A program made the position numbers and the translations under genes. A DNA stretch of 59,295 nucleotides, filler included. It is 6 parts of 6 records of this genome, joined end to end, with 100 filler letters (N's around TTAATTAATTAA, not from the genome) between each part and the next. Parts side by side here need not be neighbours in the genome. Positions count along the whole stretch, not along the records: positions 22,002 to 28,535 come from SRR2962707_5206; positions 28,636 to 43,965 come from SRR2962707_5209; 4 more parts are not named here. One strand, 5' to 3'. The notes under the pieces were generated by a model. That model saw nothing but the letters and a program-made list of their open reading frames with translations, had not been told where the DNA came from and made no database searches. Below are positions 22,747 to 32,126 of the stretch, in pieces. The first letter of the stretch is position 1. Every line of letters begins with the position of its first letter.

Positions 22747-23850
22747 ATGGGTTTTAAATGCGGTATTGTTGGATTGCCCAATGTTGGCAAATCTACCCTC
22801 TTTAATGCACTGACAAAAACGGCTGCAGCGCAAGCAGCAAACTATCCGTTTTGTACGATTGAACCGAACACCGGCGAAGTAGCCGTGCCCGATCCACGCA
22901 TGGCAGAAATTGCCCGCGTTGCGACCTCTAAGGAGATCTTGCCGACGCGCATTAATTTCGTTGATATTGCAGGTCTCGTGCGCGGCGCGTCCAAAGGCGA
23001 AGGCCTTGGCAACCAGTTCCTCGCCAATATTCGCGAAGTAGACGCAATCGTGCACGTATTGCGCTGTTTTGAAGATGACGACATCACCCATGTTGAAGGA
23101 AAAATCGATCCCGTTTCAGACGCTGACACCGTTGAAACAGAACTCATGCTATCTGATTTAGAAAGCCTTGAGCGCCGTATCACACAGATGCGCAAGCGCG
23201 CTACGGGCACGGATAAAGAAGCAAAGTTGATTCTGCCAATGATGGAAGAAGCACTCAAATTGCTTCTTGATTCAAAGCCGGTGCGCATGCTGCTTAAAGG
23301 CCTTTCGCCAGAAGATTTGACAATCCTTAATTCGCTCAATTTGCTGACATCAAAACCGGTTCTTTATGTGTGTAATGTTGCTGAAGAAGATGCAGGCACT
23401 GGCAACGAAAAAAGCAAAGCAGTTGAAGAAATTGCCGCAAGCCAAGGCGCGCGTTCCGTGCTTATTTCAGCTGAAATTGAATCTGAAATTGCACAGCTCG
23501 ATCAAGCTGAAGCCCGCGAATATATGGATGCAATGGGCTTAGAAGAGCCGGGCCTCGACCGCCTAATCCGCGAAGGCTACTCACTGCTAGAACTGATCAC
23601 ATTCTTTACCGCAGGACCAAAAGAAACCCGCGCATGGACTGTGAAAAAAGGCTCAAAAGCACCGCAAGCAGCCGGCGTTATTCACACCGATTTTGAAAAA
23701 GGTTTCATTCGCGCACAAACCATCGCCTATGAAGATTTTGTCACTTTAGGCGGCGAAACTGGCGCAAAAGAAGCTGGCAAGTCACGCGATGAAGGCAAGG
23801 AATATGTCGTTCATGATGGTGACGTTCTGCACTTTAAATTCAACGTCTAA
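22747..23850 (+). CDS. ychF: Redox-regulated ribosome-binding ATPase YchF
   Basis: GIVGLPNVGKST, ANYPFCTIEPN, DIAGLV, C-terminal TGS domain (TAGPKE..AW, APQAAG.IHTDF). Confidence 0.98.
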   Translation: MGFKCGIVGLPNVGKSTLFNALTKTAAAQAANYPFCTIEPNTGEVAVPDPRMAEIARVATSKEILPTRINFVDIAGLVRGASKGEGLGNQFLANIREVDAIVHVLRCFEDDDITHVEGKIDPVSDADTVETELMLSDLESLERRITQMRKRATGTDKEAKLILPMMEEALKLLLDSKPVRMLLKGLSPEDLTILNSLNLLTSKPVLYVCNVAEEDAGTGNEKSKAVEEIAASQGARSVLISAEIESEIAQLDQAEAREYMDAMGLEEPGLDRLIREGYSLLELITFFTAGPKETRAWTVKKGSKAPQAAGVIHTDFEKGFIRAQTIAYEDFVTLGGETGAKEAGKSRDEGKEYVVHDGDVLHFKFNV

Positions 23851-23895
23851 AACCACGATTTAAAGCAAAAACCTGATTGAAGGCTGCAGGAAATA

Positions 23896-24588
23896 CTACT
23901 TGCTGCCTTCAAGAAGCACCCGGCGCGCATGAGAAAAATAATTGCGGCGTGTCAAAACACCAAGCACAAAAATCGTTGAAAAGAACAGTGCTTCTGGGCT
24001 GATAAACCAGCCCAGATAGGCCAGCGCGAAGAACATACCGCGCATCCCAGCGGTAAAGTGTTTGCCCGCAATAATATTCATTTCCGCAGCCATAATGGCT
24101 GTTTTACGGGCTTCCTGCGGCGTTTCCTTTTTGATCATCGGCACGGCGCCCATCAGGATCGAGCAATAGTTGAAAAGCCTGTAAGACCAACCAAATTTAA
24201 AAAACGCATAGATAAAAATCGCGGTTAGACCAAACACGCGCATTTCATGCAATTCGCGCGAAACCTGCGCTTCGACCGGCAGGTCTCTATAAATTTCCAT
24301 AACCATATCGGTTGCGCCCAAAAGAGCGAAAGAACCACCAATTGCAAAAATGGTTGTCGAGGCAAAAAACGCCGCGCCATTTTGCAACCCTTGCAAGATG
24401 GATGTGTCGATCATTCGCAGATCGCGTTCACTCATCTCTAACATCCATTCGCGGCGGCGATGGGCCATAAGTGCGGCGACAGACTTATATTTGAATGAAC
24501 TATGGCTGCTTATTATTTCAAAGATAAACCACGCAAAGAGGAAGAACCCCAGCGCGATCCAGTCCATTTGGGTCAATGCAAACATCAT
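23896..24588 (-). CDS. DUF599-family membrane protein
   Basis: RR.WM..M..R..R..D, FFAST, FFKFGWSYRLFNY, HF..GMR..FF...LGWF pattern. Confidence 0.8.
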   Translation of the reverse strand: MMFALTQMDWIALGFFLFAWFIFEIISSHSSFKYKSVAALMAHRRREWMLEMSERDLRMIDTSILQGLQNGAAFFASTTIFAIGGSFALLGATDMVMEIYRDLPVEAQVSRELHEMRVFGLTAIFIYAFFKFGWSYRLFNYCSILMGAVPMIKKETPQEARKTAIMAAEMNIIAGKHFTAGMRGMFFALAYLGWFISPEALFFSTIFVLGVLTRRNYFSHARRVLLEGSK

Positions 24589-24647
24589 AATTATATCCGT
24601 CTAAATTTGCGAAGTTTCAAAACACTTCAATCAAGACTGCTGGGAAA

Positions 24648-25187
24648 TCAGTGTCCTTCGTATTCAATCAACGTGCGCACGGGCACGCCAAGATCTTCGA
24701 TCTTTTTGCGTCCGCCAAGTTCAGGCAAATCAATGATAAAGCAGGCTGCAACGACATCCGCACCCATTTGCTGCAACAGTTTAACCGCGCCTTCAGCGGT
24801 GCCACCCGTCGCGATAAGATCATCGACCAAGATTACCTTTTCGCCCGGTGTCACTGCATCACGGTGCATCTCCATTTCGTCGACGCCATATTCAAGGCTA
24901 TAGGCGATGCGCACAGTGTCATAAGGCAATTTGCCCTTCTTACGGATGGGAATAAATCCAGCCGACAACTGATGGCTCATAGCGCCGCCCAAAATAAAGC
25001 CACGCGCTTCAACGCCCGCAACTTGGTCAACCTTCATGCCCACATAGGGATGCACAAGCTCGTCAATGGAGCGGCGAAACGCCTTGGCATCGCCAAGCAA
25101 TGTCGTGATATCGCGAAACATGATACCCGGCTTGGGATAGTCAGGGATATCTCTAATCGCGGCTTTGAGTGTTTCCTGCAAAGTCAT
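24648..25187 (-). CDS. apt: Adenine phosphoribosyltransferase
   Basis: [33 protein letters not shown] and PRPP loop [10 protein letters not shown]. Confidence 0.97.
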   Translation of the reverse strand: MTLQETLKAAIRDIPDYPKPGIMFRDITTLLGDAKAFRRSIDELVHPYVGMKVDQVAGVEARGFILGGAMSHQLSAGFIPIRKKGKLPYDTVRIAYSLEYGVDEMEMHRDAVTPGEKVILVDDLIATGGTAEGAVKLLQQMGADVVAACFIIDLPELGGRKKIEDLGVPVRTLIEYEGH

Positions 25188-25226
25188 GTCATCTCCATCG
25201 CTGGTATAGTGTTCCAAATCTTAGAC

Positions 25227-25252
25227 AAAGAAAAGGGCGCTGTGAGCGCCCC
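25227..25252 (-). terminator. Terminator after petC
   Basis: GGGCGCT-CAC-AGCGCCC hairpin followed by TTTTCTTT on the minus strand. Confidence 0.7.
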
Positions 25253-25281
25253 ATTCAATTCAATAATCAGTATGCGGTCAC

Positions 25282-26145
25282 TTAGTGTTCAAGCTTCGCG
25301 TAAATCTGTTTCTTCGTGATGTACATCAAGATTGAGAAGATGATCAGGAAGATCACGACTTTAAAGCCAAGCTCTTTGCGTTCTTGAAGTTTTGGCTCAG
25401 CAGCCCACATCATGAATGCAGCAACGTCTGTTGCCATCTGGTCAACAGTCGCTGTTGTACCGTCATCAAACTCTACCTGACCGTCAGAAAGCGGAGCCGC
25501 CATAGCAAGGGCTACGCCCGATTTAAAGTAAGGGTTGTAATGCGTACCCTCAGTAATTTCAACGCCAGCTGGCGCATCCTGATAGCCGGTTAGCAATGCA
25601 TGGATGTAATCAACGCCGCCTTCTTGATACTGCGTGAACACATCAAAGATGAACTGCGGGAAACCACGCTCAACACCGCGCGCTTTTGCGAGCAATGAAA
25701 AGTCTGGTGGATACGCACCGCCATTGGCAGCAACCGCTGCTTCGCGGTTAGCGAATGGACCCGTGAAGTGGTCAGCCGATGTGCCTGGGCGTGTAAACAT
25801 TTCGCCATCAGCATTTGGGCCGTCTTGAACATCATATTCTGCTGCAATCGCTTTGATCTGGCCTTCATTGTAGCCCAAATCTTCAAGCGTGTGGAATGCA
25901 ACGCGGTTAAGCGTATGACAAGCAGAACAAACTTCGCGATAGACTTTAAAGCCGCGCTGCAACTGACCTTTATCATAGTGACCAAATGGACCTGCAAAGC
26001 TCCATTTTAGCTCATGAGGATGTTCAAGCGGATAGTGAACAGTGCCACCAGTCGCTTCTGCGGCGCTAGCAACGCTAAGCGTTGCACCCAGCGAAAAAAT
26101 CGCTGCGGCAGCAATAGCACCAAATTTTGCAAACATATTTTTCAT
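25282..26145 (-). CDS. petC: Cytochrome c1 of bc1 complex
   Basis: Signal peptide, LQRGFKVY, CSACH heme motif, PPDFS, C-terminal TM anchor. Confidence 0.96.
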   Translation of the reverse strand: MKNMFAKFGAIAAAAIFSLGATLSVASAAEATGGTVHYPLEHPHELKWSFAGPFGHYDKGQLQRGFKVYREVCSACHTLNRVAFHTLEDLGYNEGQIKAIAAEYDVQDGPNADGEMFTRPGTSADHFTGPFANREAAVAANGGAYPPDFSLLAKARGVERGFPQFIFDVFTQYQEGGVDYIHALLTGYQDAPAGVEITEGTHYNPYFKSGVALAMAAPLSDGQVEFDDGTTATVDQMATDVAAFMMWAAEPKLQERKELGFKVVIFLIIFSILMYITKKQIYAKLEH

Positions 26146-26176
26146 TTTACCAATCCAATTTATTTGCGTCAGGCGC

Positions 26177-27466
26177 TTATGCAGTTTGTTCAGATGAAGA
26201 GCCGTTGCGTTTGGCTGATTTTTCCAACACCGCCTCAGTGATTGAGTTTGGAACGCGGCGTGGTTTTTCAATGAAACCAAGCAACGGCAAAATCACGATG
26301 AAGAAAGCGAAATAGAACAAGGTCGATAACTGCGCCATGAACGTATAGATGCCTTCCGCCGGTTTCGCGCCAAGCCATCCAAGAAAGATAGCGTTTGCAA
26401 CAAATAGCCAGAAGAACACTTTGTACCAAGGGCGGTAAACCGCTGAGCGTACTTTCGATGTATCAAGCCAAGGCAAGATGAACAGGATCGCAATTGAACC
26501 AAACATCACCAACACACCGCCAAGTTTAGACGAGATCGGACCGATGTCGAAAGTGATCGCACGAAGCATCGCGTAGAATGGCAAGAAGTACCATTCAGGC
26601 ACAATGTGCGCCGGTGTTTGAAGCGGGTTCGCCTCAATGTAGTTATCTGGGTGACCAAGGTAGTTTGGCATGTAGAAGATGAAGTAAGCGAAGATGAGCA
26701 AGAACACCACCATCGCGAAACCATCTTTGATTGTAGCAAACGGTGTAAATGGCACTGTGTCTGTTTTCGATTTAACTTCAACGCCTGTTGGGTTTGTTTG
26801 ACCAGCAACATGCATCGCCCAAACGTGAAGGACGATAACGCCCGCGATCATGAATGGAAGCAAGTAGTGCAATGAGAAGAAACGGTTCAATGTCGCATTA
26901 TCAACCGCATAGCCACCAAGCAGAAGCTGCTGGATTGGCTCACCAACGATTGGGAAAGCTGTAAAGAAGCCAGTGATAACCGTTGCGCCCCAATAAGACA
27001 TCTGACCCCATGGCAAGACATAGCCCATAAAGCCGGTTGCCATCATCAGAAGGAAGATCACAACACCCAAAATCCACACCACTTCGCGCGGTGCTTTATA
27101 AGAGCCGTAATACATACCGCGGAAAATGTGCAAGAACACAGCCGCAAAGAAGAACGATGCGCCGTTTGCGTGCATATAGCGAAGCAACCAGCCATGGTTC
27201 ACATTGCGCATAATGTTCTCAACAGAAGTAAAAGCGCCAGCAGTGCTCCCATTATAGTGCATCGCCAAGACGACACCGCTGAGAATCTGTACGACCAACA
27301 TGATCGAAAGAATGCCACCGAATGTATAGGCGTAGTTCAGATTGCGCGGCACAGGATAGGCCACGAAGCTGTCATACATCATGCGTGGCAATGGAAGACG
27401 TGAATCAACCCATTTGCCTAGACCAGTTGTCGGTTCATAAGTACCGTGATGTTCATGTGTGCTCAT
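26177..27466 (-). CDS. petB: Cytochrome b of bc1 complex
   Basis: [44 protein letters not shown] motif. Confidence 0.98.
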   Translation of the reverse strand: MSTHEHHGTYEPTTGLGKWVDSRLPLPRMMYDSFVAYPVPRNLNYAYTFGGILSIMLVVQILSGVVLAMHYNGSTAGAFTSVENIMRNVNHGWLLRYMHANGASFFFAAVFLHIFRGMYYGSYKAPREVVWILGVVIFLLMMATGFMGYVLPWGQMSYWGATVITGFFTAFPIVGEPIQQLLLGGYAVDNATLNRFFSLHYLLPFMIAGVIVLHVWAMHVAGQTNPTGVEVKSKTDTVPFTPFATIKDGFAMVVFLLIFAYFIFYMPNYLGHPDNYIEANPLQTPAHIVPEWYFLPFYAMLRAITFDIGPISSKLGGVLVMFGSIAILFILPWLDTSKVRSAVYRPWYKVFFWLFVANAIFLGWLGAKPAEGIYTFMAQLSTLFYFAFFIVILPLLGFIEKPRRVPNSITEAVLEKSAKRNGSSSEQTA

Positions 27467-27477
27467 CGATAAATCTC

Positions 27478-28032
27478 CTAAGCCTGGTCTGTGCCAATCA
27501 CGAGGTTTGTTTCGCTCGTGAAGACATATGGTGGAAGAGGAAGGTTGATCGCCGCAGGACCACGAATAATACGTCCGGTCATATCGAACACGGAGCCGTG
27601 ACACGGGCAATGCCAGCCTTCAGCTTGTTGATCAACAACATTAGGAATACATCCAAGGTGCGTACAGTTAGCAGAAACGATAACCCAGTTTTTGGTTGTT
27701 TCGCCGCCAAGACGCGTATCAATCGGCGCAAAGTCTTTCATGTCGCTTGCTGTAAGCGCAGAAGCTGCATCAATTTCTGCTGTCGTCAAATTACGCACGA
27801 AATATGGCTTACCGCGCCATGTCACAACGATCGCTTGACCTGGCTCAACAGCTTCAAGGTTGATATCAACAGGCTGGCCAGCAGCTAGAACAGCAGCGTC
27901 TGGACGCATCTGATCAATAAATGGCCACGCAGCAGCAGCTGCGCCAACTACACCCATCATGCCAGTTGCAACATAGATAAAATCGCGGCGTGTAGGCAAT
28001 TCATTCAGTTCGGTTGTCGTCGTGTCGTTCAC
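27478..28032 (-). CDS. petA: Rieske Fe-S subunit of bc1 complex
   Basis: Tat motif TRRDFI, CTHLGC and CPCHGS boxes; GTG start at 28032 with AGGA RBS. Confidence 0.96.
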   Translation of the reverse strand: MNDTTTTELNELPTRRDFIYVATGMMGVVGAAAAAWPFIDQMRPDAAVLAAGQPVDINLEAVEPGQAIVVTWRGKPYFVRNLTTAEIDAASALTASDMKDFAPIDTRLGGETTKNWVIVSANCTHLGCIPNVVDQQAEGWHCPCHGSVFDMTGRIIRGPAAINLPLPPYVFTSETNLVIGTDQA

Positions 28033-28194
28033 GGAGACGTCCTTTCTAAGCATTATGCACCGATAGCCCGAAAGAAGACGTACTTCTAGCGAGCGAATTC
28101 GTGATTTCATTATGGCTAAAAAGGGGCAATGTCCAGTGTAGACCGCCATAAGACGGCACTATGTCGCGGAAAAATTTAGCTTATCCAATAGGCT

Positions 28195-28535
28195 TTAGTC
28201 TTGATCGTCGCTATCAGATTGCGAAACATCGATAAATCCACCCGATTGACGCGCCCATAATCGCGCATAAAGACCGCCCTTTTCTTTCAGCAAGTCCTCA
28301 TGACTGCCAGATTGCACGATTTTTCCCTGATCAAGCACGATCAAACGATCCATCTGCGCAATCGTTGAAAGCCTGTGTGCAATCGCAATGACCGTCTTAT
28401 TTTCCATCAAAATTGCCAAATTATCTTGGATCGCTGCTTCAATTTCAGAATCAAGCGCAGATGTCGCTTCATCAAGAATCAATATCGGCGCATCCTTTAG
28501 CATCACGCGGGCAATGGCGATGCGCTGGCGCTGGC
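28195..28535 (-). CDS. ABC transporter ATP-binding/permease protein, C-terminal fragment
   Basis: QRQRIAIAR, Walker [14 protein letters not shown]-loop IAHRLST. Confidence 0.93.
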
Positions 28536-28635
28536 NNNNNNNNNNNNNNNNNNNNNNNNNNNNNNNNNNNNNNNNNNNNTTAATTAATTAANNNNNNNNN
28601 NNNNNNNNNNNNNNNNNNNNNNNNNNNNNNNNNNN
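28536..28635. other. Artificial contig linker
   Basis: N44-TTAATTAATTAA-N44. Confidence 0.99.
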
Positions 28636-28681
28636 CACATGGCCCTCAACCATGCCTGTCTACCAGTTTCAGCACCTGGGC
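28636..28681 (-). tRNA. tRNA-Leu(GAG), 5' half; truncated by contig end
   Basis: Minus strand GCCCAGGTGCTGAAACTGGTAGACAGGCATGG-TTGAGGG-CCATGTG: Leu-type D arm and anticodon stem CATGG/CCATG with GAG anticodon. Confidence 0.9.
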
Positions 28682-28691
28682 AAATTCTCTA

Positions 28692-28762
28692 TTTTCAACG
28701 TGGCTGGTGTTTCCCAATTCCCCGTCCGAACGGAAGTTCTTCCGGGCGGGCACCACGTGCGC
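28692..28762 (-). pseudogene. Degenerate tRNA-Leu 5' remnant interrupted by a 30-nt palindromic (REP-like) insert at 28721-28750
   Basis: Removing the insert CCCGCCCGGAAGAACTTCCGTTCGGACGGG gives GCGCACGTGGTGGAATTGGGAAACACCAGCCACGTTGA, which resembles a Leu tRNA 5' half. Confidence 0.6.
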
Positions 28763-28771
28763 AAGGGATCG

Positions 28772-28800
28772 CAAAAATAACTTTTTGATTGTAAATCCAA
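28772..28800 (-). promoter_or_regulatory. Bacteroidota housekeeping promoter (-33 TTG / -7 TAnnTTTG) for the tRNA locus
   Basis: TATTTTTG at 28779-28772 with TTG about 18 nt upstream. Confidence 0.65.
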
Positions 28801-28812
28801 TCGATCGCAAAT

Positions 28813-28843
28813 AAAAAAGCCGGAAGTAAACTACCTCCGGCTT
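28813..28843 (-). terminator. Terminator after the UPF0114 gene
   Basis: AAGCCGGA...TCCGGCTT hairpin followed by T6 on the minus strand. Confidence 0.75.
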
Positions 28844-28864
28844 CAATGTTTCTTTAATCACAAC

Positions 28865-29452
28865 CTAGTGATCATGATCATCATGATCATCATCCTTGGC
28901 GTTTGGTGCGTGAGAAGCATGATAACTATGTGTGATTTTCTCAGTTTGTGAGAGCAACAAGGCAGAAACAATAAATACCATGTGAATCACAATTTCGATC
29001 ACAATTCCTTCAGGTGACGTTTTTTGTACCTCGTTTCGATAGTCAATGAATGTTTTCAAAAGGTATACCCCGGAAATGGAGGCTAGTGATGTAGCCAGTT
29101 TAATCTTCAACTGACCGGCATCCAGTCCCTCCAGCCATAGCGGTTTATCATCGTGCATATCCACGTCTATTCGACTTGTAAATATGGAGTAACCCCCAAT
29201 TGTTACCATTACAACCAGGTTCATCACCATTGAGATATCCACCAAGCCTAGTATACTAAGCATCATCTTCGTTTCATTCCACATGGTGGTGTATTTCACC
29301 ATGTAAAGAAGTTCTTCAAAAAACTTATAGAGGTAAAAGAAGGAAGCAATGATTAGCCCTGTATATAAGGGTGCCTGCACCCATCTACTCCAGAAGATAA
29401 ATCCTTCGAAAAAGCTTTCAAATCGCTTTATTGGGGAATTTTCGTTACTCAT
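28865..29452 (-). CDS. UPF0114 / YqhA family membrane protein with His/Asp-rich tail
   Basis: SRWVQAPLY.GL, L.LVD....NL.VMV..GGY..F.SR, LKIKLA.S...IS.V.LLK.F. Confidence 0.85.
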   Translation of the reverse strand: MSNENSPIKRFESFFEGFIFWSRWVQAPLYTGLIIASFFYLYKFFEELLYMVKYTTMWNETKMMLSILGLVDISMVMNLVVMVTIGGYSIFTSRIDVDMHDDKPLWLEGLDAGQLKIKLATSLASISGVYLLKTFIDYRNEVQKTSPEGIVIEIVIHMVFIVSALLLSQTEKITHSYHASHAPNAKDDDHDDHDH

Positions 29453-29530
29453 AGTGCTTTGACCGATTATAATTTAACCTGAAATATAAATGATAATTGG
29501 AAGGTAGACCTTTCACTAGGCGAAATTAAG

Positions 29531-29926
29531 TCAATCTTCGTCAAATAATACCACTGTACCACCGATATAGTCATGTAAAGCACGTCTTTCGGTGTTAAAG
29601 AAGATCATGATAAAGCCTCCAAAAAACAGAAGCAATGAAAGAATCTTGGAGAGATTTCGAATGATTGATTGAATGATGTTTGATGATCCGTTTTTGGCAT
29701 TGATCACATGAATTTTTGTCCATTTCTTGCCCGGAGTTGCCTGCATACTACTCGCCTCAAACAAGATGTGATATCCAAAATAAATGGCGCTGATGATGAG
29801 GTAATCATAGTCAGAACGGGGAACAATGAATGAAACACCATAGAAAAGGACAAGGATAGGGAGTAAATCAATATTGTGAGCCAAAAGCCTTGGCCAGAAG
29901 CCCGCATATTTAGATATCCTTTCCAA
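29531..29926 (-). CDS. RDD family membrane protein
   Basis: YAGFWPRLLA..ID, QATPGK, RRALHD...GT.V. Confidence 0.9.
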   Translation of the reverse strand: MERISKYAGFWPRLLAHNIDLLPILVLFYGVSFIVPRSDYDYLIISAIYFGYHILFEASSMQATPGKKWTKIHVINAKNGSSNIIQSIIRNLSKILSLLLFFGGFIMIFFNTERRALHDYIGGTVVLFDED

Positions 29927-30109
29927 ATGATTTATCTTTAATAACTCACAAAATTCAACAATCTGACTATGAAAATTTTAAAAATCATTGGAATTATCCT
30001 TTTGATGCCTTGAAAGTTGTAGGATGGGTTTGGTCGAAATACCCCAAAGTGGGTAGTACAAAATGCTTCCTGATTTTTTACCTTTCAGTTGAAAACCTAA
30101 TACTAACCC

Positions 30110-32125
30110 ATGCCGTCAAAAAATTCTCTGTGGAGATTGTGTTCGATTGGCTTGATGCTATCCGTGTGCATTTTTCATGGGTATGGTCAAGAACTTAAAA
30201 ATGTCAATACTGGTGCTGTAGTAAAACATTCCAAAGTGAGTTACGATGGCACTAAAATGGTATTTATAGCCAATTACTATGGGAGTTTTAAGCCCTATAT
30301 CTCTGAATTCAATTCAGATTCATCTGCATGGGGAACCCCCACTCAAATATTTGATAATGCGGCTATAGGCGATTTAGACATCCAATACCCTCAACTGAGC
30401 TTTGATAACAGGAAGTTGTTTTTTTCTGCTAAGTCATCAGCCAAACCCGATTATGATATTTATTTCTCAGAACTAAAGGGAGGTGTGTGGTCAGCTCCTC
30501 AGCTGGTTGATATAGGGATAAACTCAGATGTGGATGAATTGGGACCGGCATTCTCAGCGGATGAAAAAAGAATTCTGTTTACCCGACCGTTTCCACCGGA
30601 GGAAAAGGTGGATGAGTATTGTGGTCAGCTTTACTATGCAGAACTCACCGAAGCGGGATCATGGTCAGACCCGGAGCTTTTGCCGCCTGCGTATAATACA
30701 GGGTGTATTAGTTCACCCTATTATTCCAGAGATAATAAAACGTTTTTTTACTCCTCTTTTGAAGATGTAGTGGACGCAGAAGGTAAGCGGATAGCCAGAA
30801 AGCAGTTCTCTGTTTTCTGGGCGCGTATTGATGGGCTCTTTCGGTACAATCCCAAAGCGATCACCTCCATCATTGGCGGAAATGATCTTGTTTCGCCATC
30901 AATAGATAGAGACAGTACCCTTTACTACAACTCAGGTGTTTATTCAAAAGGGCAGGACAAGATTGAATCACGTGTGATGTCCAGAAACCTGGGGAGTTCA
31001 TTCCAGCCTTCATCCATGACTTTAGTTTCTGGTGTTGTGTCTGATTTGGAAGGGAAACCACTGGATGCTGTCATTCAGGTAATTAATCCTTATACGACCA
31101 AAATTTATCAGGAAACGAGAAGTGATGAACAGGGATATTATCAGGTATTTGTCCCAACAGATGAGCAATATTCTTTGCTGGTGTACAAAGATCAATATTC
31201 AGCTCAATCAAAATTGATTGAAACTGAGGGTGAATTTCTGGAAAGTAATTTTGAATTATTTCCAAGTGTTGATGTCACCTTCAACGTTTTTGATGGTGAA
31301 TTTTATTTCCCTATCGAAGCAAATCTTTCTTTATGTGACTCTGATTTTAACTTCATTGAAACCATTGAAATAACAAGAGGAGAGGAAACCATTCTCTCTC
31401 TGGGGAAGGAACTCAACATCATTTTCAATTCGGAGAATTACTTTTCAGATACCCTGAATCTTCCCTTCGATGAAGAGGTGATTTTTGATTTCTTTGATTT
31501 CGACATTGAGCTTACCCGAAAATTGAAAGATGTTTCGCTTTCATTCTCTGATGAATCAGGTAATAATCTGGGGCTTGAGATTACCGTTTACAATGTCACA
31601 CGTAATGAAAAAACCAAGCGGCAGGTAAAAGACGGGAAAGTCACATTGCAGTTGCGTGATGGGGAGGTTTATGAGATCAGTACTTCAGCAGAAGGCTACA
31701 GCTACTATTCTGCAGAACTGGACCTGTCACAAGAAGAGCAGCCAAAAGAGATGACAGCCACACTGCAATCGGTGGAAAATATCTCACTCGTACTGGATAA
31801 TATCACCTTTGCTTACAATTCCTATGAACTAAATGCCAACTCCTACGAAGAGCTGGATAAGCTGGTAGATTACCTGAAGGAGAATGATCAATACAAAGTA
31901 GAGATTTCTGCACATACAGATAATGCAGGTGCAGATAAATACAACCTGCAACTATCGAATCTAAGAGCAAATTCGGTTCTTCAGTATTTGCAAGACAATG
32001 CCATTAATAAGACCCGCTTGGTGGCGGTAGGTTATGGTGAGTCACAGCCGCGATTTCCTAATGATACAGAGGAGAATATGGCCAAAAATCGACGTGTGGA
32101 GTTTAAAATTTTAGCAACGAACTGA
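30110..32125 (+). CDS. Exported PD40 beta-propeller / carboxypeptidase-regulatory-like / OmpA_C protein (PorE-like architecture without TPR or lipobox)
   Basis: Signal peptide ending GYG-Q; PD40-like repeats (PQLSFDNRKLFFS, PAFSADEKRILFT, PYYSRDNKTFFYS); OmpA_C motifs NITF, EISAHTD, YNLQLS..RA.SV, GYGESQP, NRRVEF. Confidence 0.88.
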   Translation: MPSKNSLWRLCSIGLMLSVCIFHGYGQELKNVNTGAVVKHSKVSYDGTKMVFIANYYGSFKPYISEFNSDSSAWGTPTQIFDNAAIGDLDIQYPQLSFDNRKLFFSAKSSAKPDYDIYFSELKGGVWSAPQLVDIGINSDVDELGPAFSADEKRILFTRPFPPEEKVDEYCGQLYYAELTEAGSWSDPELLPPAYNTGCISSPYYSRDNKTFFYSSFEDVVDAEGKRIARKQFSVFWARIDGLFRYNPKAITSIIGGNDLVSPSIDRDSTLYYNSGVYSKGQDKIESRVMSRNLGSSFQPSSMTLVSGVVSDLEGKPLDAVIQVINPYTTKIYQETRSDEQGYYQVFVPTDEQYSLLVYKDQYSAQSKLIETEGEFLESNFELFPSVDVTFNVFDGEFYFPIEANLSLCDSDFNFIETIEITRGEETILSLGKELNIIFNSENYFSDTLNLPFDEEVIFDFFDFDIELTRKLKDVSLSFSDESGNNLGLEITVYNVTRNEKTKRQVKDGKVTLQLRDGEVYEISTSAEGYSYYSAELDLSQEEQPKEMTATLQSVENISLVLDNITFAYNSYELNANSYEELDKLVDYLKENDQYKVEISAHTDNAGADKYNLQLSNLRANSVLQYLQDNAINKTRLVAVGYGESQPRFPNDTEENMAKNRRVEFKILATN

Positions 32126-32126
32126 T

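Noticed and set aside
22842-25319. Long antisense or alternate-frame ORFs over ychF and apt (and similarly over pet genes, acnB, myosin)
   Set aside because: They overlap well-supported genes and lack recognisable motifs; expected from codon bias.
28646-28861. 71-aa minus-strand ORF
   Set aside because: Overlaps a terminator, promoter, pseudo-tRNA and tRNA-Leu(GAG); not protein-like.
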